Assembly: GCA_963745035.1 (NCBI GenBank)
Contig: CAVUVW010000017.1
Location: 32,001 to 96,000, forward strand
From: an uncultured delta proteobacterium
GTDB lineage: Bacteria; Desulfobacterota; Binatia; UBA9968
DNA: 64,000 bases
Reading direction: 5' to 3'
This document shows positions 19,456-29,930 of the stretch, one piece after another. Below the pieces are notes generated by a model. The model had not been told where the DNA came from. It searched no databases and saw only the letters and a program-made list of their open reading frames with translations. The position numbers and the translations under genes were made by a program. The first letter of the stretch is position 1. Each line of letters begins with the position of its first letter.

Positions 19456-20496
19456 CTAAAGAATCAACATCGCGTCGCCGTAGCTGTAAAATCGGTATTT
19501 TTTTTCGATCGCTTCCCGATACGCGCGCCGCACCAGCTCCAGGCCCGCGAAGGCGGCGACGAGAATCAGCGGAGTGGATCCGGGCAGGTGAAAGTTCGTG
19601 ATCAGCGCGTCCAATACGCGGAACCGATCGCCGGGACGGAGATAAAGCCGCGCAATCCCCTCGTCGGCAACGACCTCGCCTCTTTGCCGCGCAATCCATT
19701 CCAACGCGCGCGTGCTTGTGGAGCCCACCGCCACCACTCGCCTTTTGGCCCGCTTGGCGCGCCGGATCTGCGCCGCGCTCTCGGCGCCGAGCGCGTAGCG
19801 CTCGCCTTCCATGCGATGATTTTCAATGGCCGCCGCGCGCACGGGTTGAAAGGTACCCGGCCCGACATGCAGGGTCAACAGCGCGCGCTCGATGCCTTTG
19901 CCGGAGAGTTTCGCAAGCAGCTCCGGGGTGAAATGAAAACCGGCCGTCGGCGCCGCGATCGCTCCGGCGTGGGCCGCGTAGATCGTTTGATAGCGCTCGC
20001 GGTCCAAAGATTCCGCCGCGCGCAGGCGCCGCACGTAGGGCGGCAGCGGCGGCTCGCCGAGTTTCTCGATCACCGCGTCGAAGTCGCCGTCGTGATGAAA
20101 CTCGAGGCCATACCGGCCGGCGCCGAGATCGCCGATCACCTCGGCGCGCAGCGCGTCGCCGAAGCTCAGCCAGCTTCCGACCGCCGGCTTCTTCGCGGCG
20201 TCGAGCAGTGCGATCCACAGAGTGCGCTTGACTTCGGTAAACGGCTCCAGCAGCAGCGCTTCGACCCGGCCGCCACTCGCTTTAATCCCCCGCAGCCGGG
20301 CCGGAAAGACCTTCGTATCGTTGAGCACCAAGAGATCGCCAGCATCGAGAAACTCGCCGAGCTCGGAAAACACGCTGTGAACGATCGCGCCGCTTTGCCG
20401 CCGCACAACGAGCAGCCGCGACTCATCGCGCGCGCGGCTGGGCACCGCCGCGATCAGCGATGGTGGCAGCTCGTAATTGAATTCTTCTAGGTTCAT
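19456..20496 (-). CDS. queA: S-adenosylmethionine:tRNA ribosyltransferase-isomerase
   Basis: NDTKVFPARL, RYQTIYA, AAPTAGFHF, TNFHLP, YRFYSYGDAM. Confidence 0.97.
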   Translation of the reverse strand: MNLEEFNYELPPSLIAAVPSRARDESRLLVVRRQSGAIVHSVFSELGEFLDAGDLLVLNDTKVFPARLRGIKASGGRVEALLLEPFTEVKRTLWIALLDAAKKPAVGSWLSFGDALRAEVIGDLGAGRYGLEFHHDGDFDAVIEKLGEPPLPPYVRRLRAAESLDRERYQTIYAAHAGAIAAPTAGFHFTPELLAKLSGKGIERALLTLHVGPGTFQPVRAAAIENHRMEGERYALGAESAAQIRRAKRAKRRVVAVGSTSTRALEWIARQRGEVVADEGIARLYLRPGDRFRVLDALITNFHLPGSTPLILVAAFAGLELVRRAYREAIEKKYRFYSYGDAMLIL

Positions 20497-20500
20497 GGCA

Positions 20501-20543
20501 AAAAAGGGTAGGGGCACGGCTTGCCGTGCCCCTACGTTTTTTT
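20501..20543. terminator. Perfect 13-bp hairpin (GTAG-type REP-like) with T-tracts on both strands
   Basis: GTAGGGGCACGGC-TT-GCCGTGCCCCTAC at 20508-20535, A-run to the left, T-run to the right. Confidence 0.7.
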
Positions 20544-20588
20544 CTGACAGTGACCGCCGGAGAGAGACGAGTGAATTGGCCGCGCAGT

Positions 20589-21347
20589 CTACGTGGGGTT
20601 GTCTTTCTTGATAAACGGCGACAGCAAATCGATGGGCACCGGAAAGATCGTCGTCGAGTTCTTGTCGCCAGCGATTTCGACCAGGCTCTGCAGGAACCGC
20701 AGCTGCAAAGCCATCGGCTGCTTCCCGATAACTTCCGCCGCATCCGCGAGCTTTTGCGACGCTTGAAACTCGCCTTCGGCGTGAATGATTTTGGCGCGCC
20801 GCTCGCGCTCGGCTTCGGCCTGCTTCGCCATGGCGCGCTGCATCTCCTGCGGCAAATCGATGTGCTTCAGCTCGACCAACACGACTTTGATGCCCCAGGG
20901 ATCGGTCTGCTGATCGAGGATTTCCTGAATGCGGCTGTTGATTCGATCGCGCTCGGCCAACAGCTCGTCGAGCTCTGCCTGGCCGCACACGCTGCGCAGC
21001 GTCACTTGAGCGAGCTGCGAGGTGGCAAAGAGATAATTCTCGACTTCGAGCACCGCCCGGTTCGGCTCCAGCACGCGAAAATAGAGCACGGCGTTGACCT
21101 TTACCGACACGTTGTCGCGCGTGATCACGTCCTGCGGCGGTATATCCATCGTTACCGTGCGCAAGTCCATTTTGACCATTTTTTCGATGCCCGGAATGAT
21201 GTAGGTGATGCCTGGACCGCGCGATCCGACCATGCGCCCGAGACGAAACACCACCGCCCGTTCGTATTCTTTGAGAATCTTGACGCCGCTGATGATGATC
21301 GCCAGAACGATGATCAAAAACGTCAGAGGCACGCCCAGTCCGAACAT
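20589..21347 (-). CDS. SPFH/band-7 (slipin) family protein
   Basis: [31 protein letters not shown]. Confidence 0.95.
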   Translation of the reverse strand: MFGLGVPLTFLIIVLAIIISGVKILKEYERAVVFRLGRMVGSRGPGITYIIPGIEKMVKMDLRTVTMDIPPQDVITRDNVSVKVNAVLYFRVLEPNRAVLEVENYLFATSQLAQVTLRSVCGQAELDELLAERDRINSRIQEILDQQTDPWGIKVVLVELKHIDLPQEMQRAMAKQAEAERERRAKIIHAEGEFQASQKLADAAEVIGKQPMALQLRFLQSLVEIAGDKNSTTIFPVPIDLLSPFIKKDNPT

Positions 21348-21362
21348 AAATCCCCTCCTCCC

Positions 21363-22679
21363 CTATCCTGCGGAACGATTTTGCGCCGGCGTCCGTTTTA
21401 CCCGGAGCATCATGCGGTCGACGCCAACCACTTCGACTTTTTCGCCGGCGTCGATTTCATCATTGGCCTCGGCCTTCCAGTATTCGCCGTGCACGAACAC
21501 GCTTCCCCGCGGCGCCAGCCTTTCGCGCACGACGCCGACTTCGCCGATCAGCCCCTCGATGCCGAGCGTGGGCTTGGCCCTTTGCGAGCGAAAGACCAAA
21601 TAGCTGACCGCCAGAACAAAGGAGCCGAGCGTAGCGACGGCGGTAAAAACAATCGAGCGATCCACGCCAAAATCGGAGGTCGGTGTGTCGAAGAGCAGCA
21701 GCGAGCCGAAGGCGAGCGAGATCATCCCGCCCACGCCCAACACGCCGAAGCTCGGGAAGAATGCCTCGCCGACCAAAAGCGCGACGCCGAGAATCATGAA
21801 CGCGAGGCCGGTGTAGTTGATCGGCAGGAGCTGCAGCGCGGCCGCCGCAAGCAGCAGGCAAATCGCCCCGGCCACGCCGGGGAAAATGGTCCCGGGATGG
21901 GAAAATTCCATGTACAAGCCGAGGATTCCGGCCATCATCAACAGATAGGCAATGTTCGGATCGGCGATGGCATTGAGCACTTTTTGCTTGAGGTTCATGT
22001 CGTGGCGCACGACTTGGACATTTTGCAGCGCAAGCTTCTGCTTGCCGCTTTGAATGTCCACTGTGCGGCCGTCTGCCTGTTTCAGGAGATCGTCGATGTT
22101 CCTGGCGATGATATCGACAACTTTTTTCTTCAATGCTTCCGTTTCAGTAATCGCCACGCTTTTGCGCACAGCCTCAATGGCCCATTCGGCATTTCGGCCG
22201 CGCTGTTGCGCGATGCTTTCGCTGAACGACGCCGTAAAATTCTCGATCTTCTCCCCCATCACGCCTTTGACTTCCTGACCTCCGCCCGCGACCGGATGAG
22301 CCGCGCCGATGTTGGTTCCCGGCGCCATCGCCGCGATATTGGCGGCCATGGTGATGAATACCCCGGCCGAGCCGGCCCCGGCTCCGCTGGGAGCCACATA
22401 AACCATGATGGGCACCGGCGTGCCGAGAAGATCTTTGACGATGGTGCGGGTGGAGCTCAAGAGCCCGCCTGGAGTGTCGAGCTGGATGATCAAGGCGCGG
22501 GCGCCGCTCGCTTTGGCCCGTCCGATGCTTTCACGAATAAAATCGTCCACCGCGGGGTTGATGCTGCCGTCGATGGTGATGAGATCGACGTGCGGCCCGG
22601 CCCCTTCTTGGGTCTGCGCCCACACTGATACCGCGGCGGCAAGCAGCGTTACGAAGAAGAAAATTCTAAGCGTTTTCAC
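21363..22679 (-). CDS. nfeD: NfeD membrane-bound serine protease (long form)
   Basis: LDTPGG, AGSAG, APGTNIGAAHPV; paired with SPFH gene. Confidence 0.93.
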   Translation of the reverse strand: MKTLRIFFFVTLLAAAVSVWAQTQEGAGPHVDLITIDGSINPAVDDFIRESIGRAKASGARALIIQLDTPGGLLSSTRTIVKDLLGTPVPIMVYVAPSGAGAGSAGVFITMAANIAAMAPGTNIGAAHPVAGGGQEVKGVMGEKIENFTASFSESIAQQRGRNAEWAIEAVRKSVAITETEALKKKVVDIIARNIDDLLKQADGRTVDIQSGKQKLALQNVQVVRHDMNLKQKVLNAIADPNIAYLLMMAGILGLYMEFSHPGTIFPGVAGAICLLLAAAALQLLPINYTGLAFMILGVALLVGEAFFPSFGVLGVGGMISLAFGSLLLFDTPTSDFGVDRSIVFTAVATLGSFVLAVSYLVFRSQRAKPTLGIEGLIGEVGVVRERLAPRGSVFVHGEYWKAEANDEIDAGEKVEVVGVDRMMLRVKRTPAQNRSAG

Positions 22680-23430
22680 CGCGCAGCTCTTTAATGACTT
22701 TCTTGATATCTTCCCAGACCAACTTTTTGTCCGCCGGATTGCGCAGCAGATACGCCGGATGAAAGGTCGGCATCAGTTTGATCCCGTGATACTGATGCCA
22801 AGTGCCACGGACCTTGGTGATAGGAACCTTGTTTTGCAGCAACGTCTGCACCGCAAACTTGCCTAAACCTACGATGACCTCCGGACGGATCAAATCAATC
22901 TGTTTCTTGAGAAACGGCTCGCAGGCCGCGACTTCGTCCGGTTCGGGATTGCGATTCTCGGGGGGGCGGCATTTGACCACATTGGCGATGTAGACATCCT
23001 CACGTTTGAGTCCCATGCCTTTGGTGATGATGTCGTTCAGCAGTTGGCCGGCGCGACCGACGAACGGCTCGCCTTGAATGTCTTCGTCCCGGCCAGGTCC
23101 CTCGCCGACAAACATCAGCCGCGCTTTCGGATTGCCGACGCCAAAGACGATGTGGGTTCGTCCGGCGCAAAGCTTACACAGTCGGCAATCGCCGATCTGG
23201 GCGCGCAGCTCTTCGAGAGTTTTGGCGCCAAGCGCCGGCGACGGTTCGGAGAACAGATCACCTTCTGTGCGCTTCGGAGCCTTCTCTTCGCCGCCAATCA
23301 CGGGCATCGTGCGTTTGTTCGGCATTTCGTTCGGCAGGGTGCGAATCCCCGCCCGCTGGCGCCTCTCGAGATGGCGCCGCAATGACGTAACCAACGAGTC
23401 GATCTCTCGCGTTTGGCTGTCTTCGGACAC
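22666..23430 (-). CDS. Uracil-DNA glycosylase family 4
   Basis: CRLC, GEGPG, PFVGRAG, KCRPPENR, TFHPAYLLR. Confidence 0.95.
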   Translation of the reverse strand: MSEDSQTREIDSLVTSLRRHLERRQRAGIRTLPNEMPNKRTMPVIGGEEKAPKRTEGDLFSEPSPALGAKTLEELRAQIGDCRLCKLCAGRTHIVFGVGNPKARLMFVGEGPGRDEDIQGEPFVGRAGQLLNDIITKGMGLKREDVYIANVVKCRPPENRNPEPDEVAACEPFLKKQIDLIRPEVIVGLGKFAVQTLLQNKVPITKVRGTWHQYHGIKLMPTFHPAYLLRNPADKKLVWEDIKKVIKELRGENA

Positions 23431-23507
23431 GGCGCGGCAACCCCCTCTCCCCGCGGATCTTAGCACCGGAGAGTTGACCGTAGCAATAACGCGCGCGAGT
23501 AATCAGG

Positions 23508-24041
23508 TCAGGCAGGCTCCCGCAGTTGAGCGAGATAACGCAGCCGCAATGCGGCGAAGAACGACAGCGTTTGCGGCAACAGATAATCGAGGTAGGTGTA
23601 CTCCAAGCCGTGAAAGCCGGCGTCGTGGTACAGCAGCGTGGCTTCGGCGTAGATGCCTTCGCTTAAGTAAATTCTCTGGCCGGCATTTTTCGTGGATGCG
23701 AGCACGACCTTGTAAGCGTCGAGGTAACCGGGATCGAGATTGATGCGCCGGCCGCCCGCCGCGTGGCGATGCTTGTCCTCGATGCGTTGAGTTTGGCTCT
23801 TGATCGCGGCCAGATTCCCGGGCGATCGCAGCGCCGCGAAGGAAACGAAGCGGCGCAGCAGTCCCGCGCCCATCTCTTGGGCGTAGAAGCTCGAAAACGT
23901 CCAAGAGAAAACGCCGCTTCGCATGTCGACTTCGCCGAGCGCCGCCGCGAGGTCGCTTTCCACCGAGGTCAGAAGCTGGTCGTCCGATGAGAGCAGCGCG
24001 GCAAAATACTTCGCCGGCTTGGGCTCTCGCGCCGTTCCCAT
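23508..24041 (-). CDS. DUF4416 family protein
   Basis: RRINLDPGY, VLASTKN, RIYLSEGIYAE. Confidence 0.85.
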   Translation of the reverse strand: MGTAREPKPAKYFAALLSSDDQLLTSVESDLAAALGEVDMRSGVFSWTFSSFYAQEMGAGLLRRFVSFAALRSPGNLAAIKSQTQRIEDKHRHAAGGRRINLDPGYLDAYKVVLASTKNAGQRIYLSEGIYAEATLLYHDAGFHGLEYTYLDYLLPQTLSFFAALRLRYLAQLREPA

Positions 24042-24043
24042 AG

Positions 24044-25249
24044 TCAGCGCGGGCTCTTGAGGGCGAGAAGATGATCGTAGATTCGATCGGCGAGCTCGTC
24101 TTTGCTCATCAGCGGGAGCGAGCGAACCGCGCCGGCGCGATCGACGATGGTGGCGATATTGGTGTCGCCGTCGAAGCCGCTCCCGGCTTCGACGACGTTA
24201 TTGGCGATCACCATATCGAGATTTTTTTCGCGCAGCTTTTTCTGCGCGTTGGCCGCCAGCTCTTCGGTTTCCGCTGCGAAGCCGACGAGCCACTTACCGT
24301 TTTTGTTGGCGCCGAGCTCTTTGAGAATATCCGGATTGGGCTCCAGGCGCAGCTCGAGCGGACCCGTGCCGCGCTTGATCTTTTTCTCGGAGACCGACGC
24401 CACGCGATAATCCGAAACCGCCGCCGCCATAATGACCGCGGTGGATTGACCGTACTCCCGCAGAACGGCGTCGCGCATCTCCGCCGCGGTGGTCACCGGG
24501 ATCAGTCGCGCGCCGGCGGGCGCTGTAAGCCCGGTCGGACCGCTCACCAGCGCCACTTCCGCGCCGCGGCGCAGCGCCGCGCTCGCCAAGGCGTAGCCCA
24601 TCTTTCCCGACGAGCGATTGGAAAGATAGCGCACCGGATCGAGCGGTTCCCGATTGGGCCCGGCGGTGATCAGCAGCCGCTCGCCGGCAAGATCTTTCGT
24701 TCCGAGTAAACGCTCTACCTCTGCGGCGATCTTCTCGGGTTCCGGCAGGCGCCCTTTGCCCTCGTAACCGCAAGCCAGATATCCCTCGGCCGGCTCCAAA
24801 ATGTGATAGCCGACGCGCCGAAGCTTGCGGAGATTTTCCTGCAGGATCGGATTTTCGTACATGTGGATGTTCATCGCGGGCGCGACCAACACCGGGGCTT
24901 GGGTAGCCATCAAAACCGTGGTCAGCAAGTCGTCGGCGATGCCGCCGGCAATTTTGCCGATCACGTTGGCCGTGGCCGGCGCGATCACAAAAGCATCGGC
25001 GCTGTCGGCTAGGTTGATATGACCGATCTGCGACTCCTGGGTGAGATCGAAGGTTTCGGTGGCGACGGGATTACCGGACAATGTTTGAAACGTCAGCGGG
25101 GTCACAAACTCCAGCGCGCCCCGGGTCATAATCACCTGGACGTGGAATCCGCCGTTCACCAGCAACCTCACCAGCTCGACCGCTTTGTAGCAGGCGATTC
25201 CACCGGTCACGCCGATGACGACCATGCGCCCCTTTGCCAAGTTCGCCAC
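24044..25249 (-). CDS. coaBC: Bifunctional PPC decarboxylase/synthetase CoaBC
   Basis: GGIACYK, APATAN, PAMN, DPVRYLSNRSSGKMG, GFAAET. Confidence 0.97.
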   Translation of the reverse strand: MANLAKGRMVVIGVTGGIACYKAVELVRLLVNGGFHVQVIMTRGALEFVTPLTFQTLSGNPVATETFDLTQESQIGHINLADSADAFVIAPATANVIGKIAGGIADDLLTTVLMATQAPVLVAPAMNIHMYENPILQENLRKLRRVGYHILEPAEGYLACGYEGKGRLPEPEKIAAEVERLLGTKDLAGERLLITAGPNREPLDPVRYLSNRSSGKMGYALASAALRRGAEVALVSGPTGLTAPAGARLIPVTTAAEMRDAVLREYGQSTAVIMAAAVSDYRVASVSEKKIKRGTGPLELRLEPNPDILKELGANKNGKWLVGFAAETEELAANAQKKLREKNLDMVIANNVVEAGSGFDGDTNIATIVDRAGAVRSLPLMSKDELADRIYDHLLALKSPR

Positions 25250-25523
25250 GACTCAAAAATAGCCGATCCGATACCGGCGTGCAACTTTAGTTTACATGGC
25301 GTGACGACTCTGTCGGCGCGTTGATATCAATGCGAATATTTATCGCCGCCCGTCGACGATTCGCCTGATGAAATACCATCAAAGAGGCCAAATGCCGAAG
25401 AACTGCCAACCTTAGAACGCGAGAGTGCAGCTTTCGCTCATGGCATAATTCTGGCTTGCGATTCCCGAAGACGCCTGAAAGCACTACAGGCTTGACCGGT
25501 TCGGACGGTTCATGTAATTCACA

Positions 25524-26372
25524 ATGAAGGAGACAGGGATGAATAGAAACCACCGGCAATGGATTCGACGAGTGATTGCAGCCGGGATCTTTGCCTTAGT
25601 GTTCAATGTATTGCCGACAGCAACGCGCGCGCGCGCGGCCAGCGAACTCAGTGGCCTCGACGCGCAGCAGCGGCTCACCGCTCTTGACCAATCCCACCTG
25701 GAGCCAGGCGTGTCGCCAGCCATGACCGATGCAGCGCCGTTCGCCCAGAGTGCTCCAGGGGAAGATTTTGACGAGGATCCCTGGGAGGGTTTCAACGAGA
25801 ACATGTTTTCGTTTAACCGCGAGGTCGTCGATCGCTTTGTGCTGAAACCGCTCGCCACCGGTTGGGATTTCGTATTTCCGGACCCGGTGCAACGGGGCGT
25901 GCACAATTTTTTTGATAATCTCTCCGTGGTCCGGCGCGTGGTCAACAACACCCTGCAACTTAAACTTACCGGCGCTGCCACCGAGCTTGCGCGCTTTACC
26001 ATCAACAGCACGATCGGTCTCGTCGGCTTCTTTGACGTCGCGAAAGACACTTTCGGCATCGAACAAAGAGACGAAGACACGGGCCAGACCTTCGGCGTCT
26101 GGGGCATGGGGCCGGGCCCTTATCTCGTGCTGCCGCTCTTACCGCCGCTTACCGTTCGAGATGGCGTCGGCTACGCGTTCGACATCGCGATGACTCCCTA
26201 TACCTATTTCATTCCGTGGTGGGCCAGCGTCGCCGGTACAGCGACCAGTACCGTCAATGAACGGTCGCTCAATCTGGATCGTTTCGAGCGCGTCGCCGAA
26301 TCGACGGTCGATCTGTACGGTGCCGTGCGCAATGGCTATCTGCAAAGGCGCGCCGCCGCGATTAAACAGTAA
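25524..26372 (+). CDS. mlaA: MlaA/VacJ family protein
   Basis: DPWEGFN, RFTINSTIG, EDTGQTFG, GPYLVLP. Confidence 0.9.
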   Translation: MKETGMNRNHRQWIRRVIAAGIFALVFNVLPTATRARAASELSGLDAQQRLTALDQSHLEPGVSPAMTDAAPFAQSAPGEDFDEDPWEGFNENMFSFNREVVDRFVLKPLATGWDFVFPDPVQRGVHNFFDNLSVVRRVVNNTLQLKLTGAATELARFTINSTIGLVGFFDVAKDTFGIEQRDEDTGQTFGVWGMGPGPYLVLPLLPPLTVRDGVGYAFDIAMTPYTYFIPWWASVAGTATSTVNERSLNLDRFERVAESTVDLYGAVRNGYLQRRAAAIKQ

Positions 26373-26398
26373 ACTAATTTTATTGAGATCCCTTCACT

Positions 26399-26441
26399 CA
26401 ACGCGGAAGATCGCAATTAGCGGTCTTCCGCGTTGTTTTTT
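26399..26441 (+). terminator. Intrinsic terminator after mlaA
   Basis: CAACGCGGAAGATCGC-AATTA-GCGGTCTTCCGCGTTG followed by T6. Confidence 0.85.
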
Positions 26442-26489
26442 CATAAGGAGCAGCACCACTTTTTCGCAGGCCGCTAAGCCTCTTCGCTA

Positions 26490-26518
26490 TTGACAAGCAG
26501 TGAGCCGTTCATTATGAA
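26490..26518 (+). promoter_or_regulatory. Putative sigma70 promoter
   Basis: TTGACA-N17-TATGAA upstream of ORF 26585. Confidence 0.45.
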
Positions 26519-26584
26519 ATAAAATCGTCCCTTCTACCGCAATTTCCGATGTCCAATCGAGACTAGGGAGCCCCAAGGAAAAAG

Positions 26585-26944
26585 ATGCCACGGACAAAGA
26601 AAAAAAGCGCCGGTCGCGCCGCCAAGGACCGCTCTCACGACTACATCGATGACGGCAGTCACGATGAATCGGAAGACGAGGATCTTCCAAGTGACGAAGC
26701 CGGGCGGCGCAAGATAAAAAAGAACTATGAGGAACTCCTCGGCATCCGAATCGATAAACTCAGGGGCCGCGTGCTCAATCGGGAGAAAATCAATAAGAGC
26801 ATCGACGGCCTCTATTTTATCTGCCACGAGTGCCGAAAAATCTGCCACAACCTTGACGATGGCTGGATGGAAGAAGCCGTCACGCTGAACAATTATTGTG
26901 GTGCCTGCGCCAAGGCGAAAGGGATACGCAGCAGCGCCGCTTAA
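26585..26944 (+). CDS. Hypothetical protein with CxxC...CxxC zinc finger
   Basis: AAGGA SD; acidic N-terminal tract; CHEC and CGAC. Confidence 0.75.
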   Translation: MPRTKKKSAGRAAKDRSHDYIDDGSHDESEDEDLPSDEAGRRKIKKNYEELLGIRIDKLRGRVLNREKINKSIDGLYFICHECRKICHNLDDGWMEEAVTLNNYCGACAKAKGIRSSAA

Positions 26945-27886
26945 ACCTTCACCTTCAGCCGCTTGAGCAGCTCGGCAAGCTCGGCGGGCAACTCCGCTTC
27001 AGCCGTCAACACCCCACCATCATCCGGACCAACGATAGTCAAACTGCGCGCATGCAAGAAGTGCCGCCGCAGGCCGAAATTTTCTGCTTGCTCGTCTCCG
27101 TAGAGCTTGTCACCGACGATCGGATGTCCGATGGCCGCTAGATGAACCCGGATCTGATGGGTCACGCCGGTTTCCATATCGACTTCGAGCAAACTCAAGC
27201 CGCGGCATTTGCCGATGCGGCGATATTGGGTGACCGCTCTCCAGATTCGTGTCTTTGCCCGGGATGGTCGAATCAACGTGCGCATGCGCCGGCTGTCGTG
27301 CGTATCATGCGACAGCGGCACATCAATCGTGCCTTGCTCTGGCGAGACGCCCCAGACCAAAGCCCAATAAATTTTTTTAATTCGCCGGCGGCGAAATTGT
27401 GAGCGAAGATATTCGAAAGCCGCCTGCGTCTTCGCGATCACGACAAGGCCTGACGTCTCTCGATCCAGTCGATGGACCAATCCCGGTTCCCACCTGCTCT
27501 TGCCGACCTCTGCGAGCTGCGGCCGATGCGGCGAGAAGAAAATTGGCGAGCGTCGCCTCGTCACGCGCGGAAAAGCCATGGGTGGGCATCCCTGCCGGTT
27601 TGTTCACGATCAAGATCGAGCCATCCTCGTAAACAATCTCAACATCGAGGTCGCTATCGGGTGGCGGACTCGCGGCTAACCAGATTTCGGGACCCTGAAA
27701 AACCAACTCATCGCCGGCTGATAAAAGGTCACCCTTCCGCTTGAGTTTTCCGCCGGCCAAAAATACTCCATCACGAATGGCGACCTCGATCTCACGGCGC
27801 GACAAATGCGGTAGACACCGGCGCGCAAAGGCGTCGAGACGAATCTGCTCGTGCCCCGCGGGTAGCATCCACGATCTTGTCGCCAT
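26941..27886 (-). CDS. RluA-family RNA pseudouridine synthase; frameshift near 27528
   Basis: VNKPAGMPTH, HRLDRETSG, TGVTHQIRVH, GDKLYG, FLHA. Confidence 0.92.
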
Positions 27887-27955
27887 GTGCTTCGCTTGAA
27901 CCGCCATACCGCCTACCGTACTATAACTCGCGATCTCCGCAACCAAGGACAACGG

Positions 27956-29069
27956 ATGCCGACAACGTGTTTCAGCGTGATCATCGCCGGCGGCAAGGGC
28001 ACGCGCTTTTGGCCGCTCAGCCGCGCCCGCAGGCCCAAACAACTTCTCAAGATCATCGAGCCCAAAGAGCTTGATCGCCGCGACCGTCGAGCGCATAGAT
28101 TTTCTGAGCGGCTCGCGTCAAACGCTGGTCGTCACCGTCGCGGACCAGCTCGACCTGATTCGGCGCGAATTGAAAAGCCTGCCGAAAACCAGTTTCCTCG
28201 CCGAGCCCCAGGGCAGGAACACCGCCCCCTGTATCGGCCTGGCGGCCCTCGAAGTGGTCCGGCGCGAGCCCGAAGCGATCATGATCGTTCTTCCCGCCGA
28301 TCACTGGGTTGGCGACTCCGCGGCGTTTCGCCGCACCATTAATGCAGCCGTGCGCCTGGCAAAGCGGCACGATCAATTGATCACTATCGGCATCCGACCG
28401 GCGTATCCGGAAACCGGCTATGGCTATATCATCCGGGGCAAGGCGCTCGTGGACGGAAACTCCGCGCGCCCGTTTGTCGTAAGCCGCTTTACCGAAAAGC
28501 CGTCGCTGCCGGCGGCGCGCCGGCTGTTGCGCCGGCGCGCACTCTGGAACAGCGGCATTTTTGTCTGGAAGGCCGCCACCGTGCTCGATCTCCTGGCGCG
28601 CTACCAGCCGGCGATCGCGGCGGGATTAGCATCGATCAAACGCGCCGCGGCCGGAAAGTCCCTGGCCAATCCCGCTCCCGAACTCCGCGCGCTCATCGCG
28701 CGCGCGTACAAAAATATGCCGAATCTCTCAATCGACTACGCCGTGATGGAAAAAGCCGGCTCCGAGAATCGGGTTCTAACGCTGGAGGCCGATTTTGGCT
28801 GGAGCGACGTTGGAAGCTGGGCGACGGTGCATCGGATGATGCAAAAAGACAGGAGCGGCAACGCCGGTCAAGGACGATGGTTGGGGATCCACACGAAGAA
28901 CAGCCTGATCCATGCGACGGATCGTCTGGTGGTGCTGCTCGGCATGGAAAACGCCCTCGTCGTCGACACACCGGACGCTTTGCTCGTCGGCGATCTGCGC
29001 CGATCCCAGGAGGTCCGCGACGTCGTCGACGAGCTCAACCGCAAGGGCTTGACCAGGTACACCGCCTGA
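27956..29069 (+). CDS. manC: Mannose-1-phosphate guanylyltransferase; frameshift near 28058
   Basis: AGGKGTRFWPLSR, EPQGRNTAP, PADH, FTEKP, WNSGIF, WSDVGSW. Confidence 0.92.
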
Positions 29070-29090
29070 TTCCCACGAGCGCCGACCACA

Positions 29091-29912
29091 GTGAATGCGC
29101 GCTATCCCAAAGGACCGCTGCGAGCTGATGAGGCGGTCGTGTTTCTCGACCGCAAAGACCGCGAGTATCTCGCCCGACTAGATCAGCGGCGCGCCATTTC
29201 AATCCGCGGCGGCAAGATTGCCGTAGACGACGTAATAGGACGGGAAGAGGGAAGCGTGGTGCGCTCCTCCCTCAACGAGCCCTTCCTGATGTTTCGTCCG
29301 AGCTTACCGCAGCTCATTCCCAATCTGCCGCGCAGCGCCCAAGTGATTTATCCAAAAGATATCGGGCCGATTTTACTTTGGGCGGATCTCTTTCCGGGCG
29401 CTCGCGTCGTGGAAGCCGGCGTGGGCGCCGGCGCGTTGAGCATAGCGCTGCTACGCGCCATCGGCGACCAGGGCGAGCTCATCTCTTACGAGATCCGCGA
29501 AGACTTCGCCGAGCTGGCGCAAAAAAACGTCGCGCGCTACTTCGGCCCGGCGCCGAACTGGACTGTGAAACTCGGCGACGTCGCGAGCGCGCTTGCCGAA
29601 GCGGCGGTCGACCGCGTCATCCTCGATCTCCCCGAGCCATGGCAGGTCATCGAACGGGTTTGGGGCGCGCTCAGTCCGGGCGGCGTCTTGCTCTGCTATC
29701 TGCCCACGGTGCTGCAAGTGAAAAGTCTGATCGACGCGTTGCGCGTCGACAAACGCTTCGCGTGCATCGAGACGTCGGAAAACTTGATGCGCTTCTGGCA
29801 CTTCAAAGGCATGAGCGCGCGTCCCCAGCACCGCATGGTCGCGCACACCGGCTTTATCACTTCCGCGCGGCGCTTGGCCGACGGCGAAAAAGACATTGCC
29901 CGAGTCCCGTGA
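29091..29912 (+). CDS. trmI: tRNA (adenine-58-N1)-methyltransferase
   Basis: QVIYPKD, EAGVGAG, LDLPEPW, RPQHRMVAHTGF. Confidence 0.9.
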   Translation: MNARYPKGPLRADEAVVFLDRKDREYLARLDQRRAISIRGGKIAVDDVIGREEGSVVRSSLNEPFLMFRPSLPQLIPNLPRSAQVIYPKDIGPILLWADLFPGARVVEAGVGAGALSIALLRAIGDQGELISYEIREDFAELAQKNVARYFGPAPNWTVKLGDVASALAEAAVDRVILDLPEPWQVIERVWGALSPGGVLLCYLPTVLQVKSLIDALRVDKRFACIETSENLMRFWHFKGMSARPQHRMVAHTGFITSARRLADGEKDIARVP

Positions 29913-29930
29913 TCAGGTTAAGGCGACTTC

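Noticed and set aside
16292-22628. Long + strand ORFs (557 aa, 700 aa) opposite secD and nfeD
   Set aside because: Antisense shadows of high-GC coding genes with no motifs.
25321-25330. FNR box at TTGATATCAA
   Set aside because: No N4 spacer; only a 10-bp palindrome.
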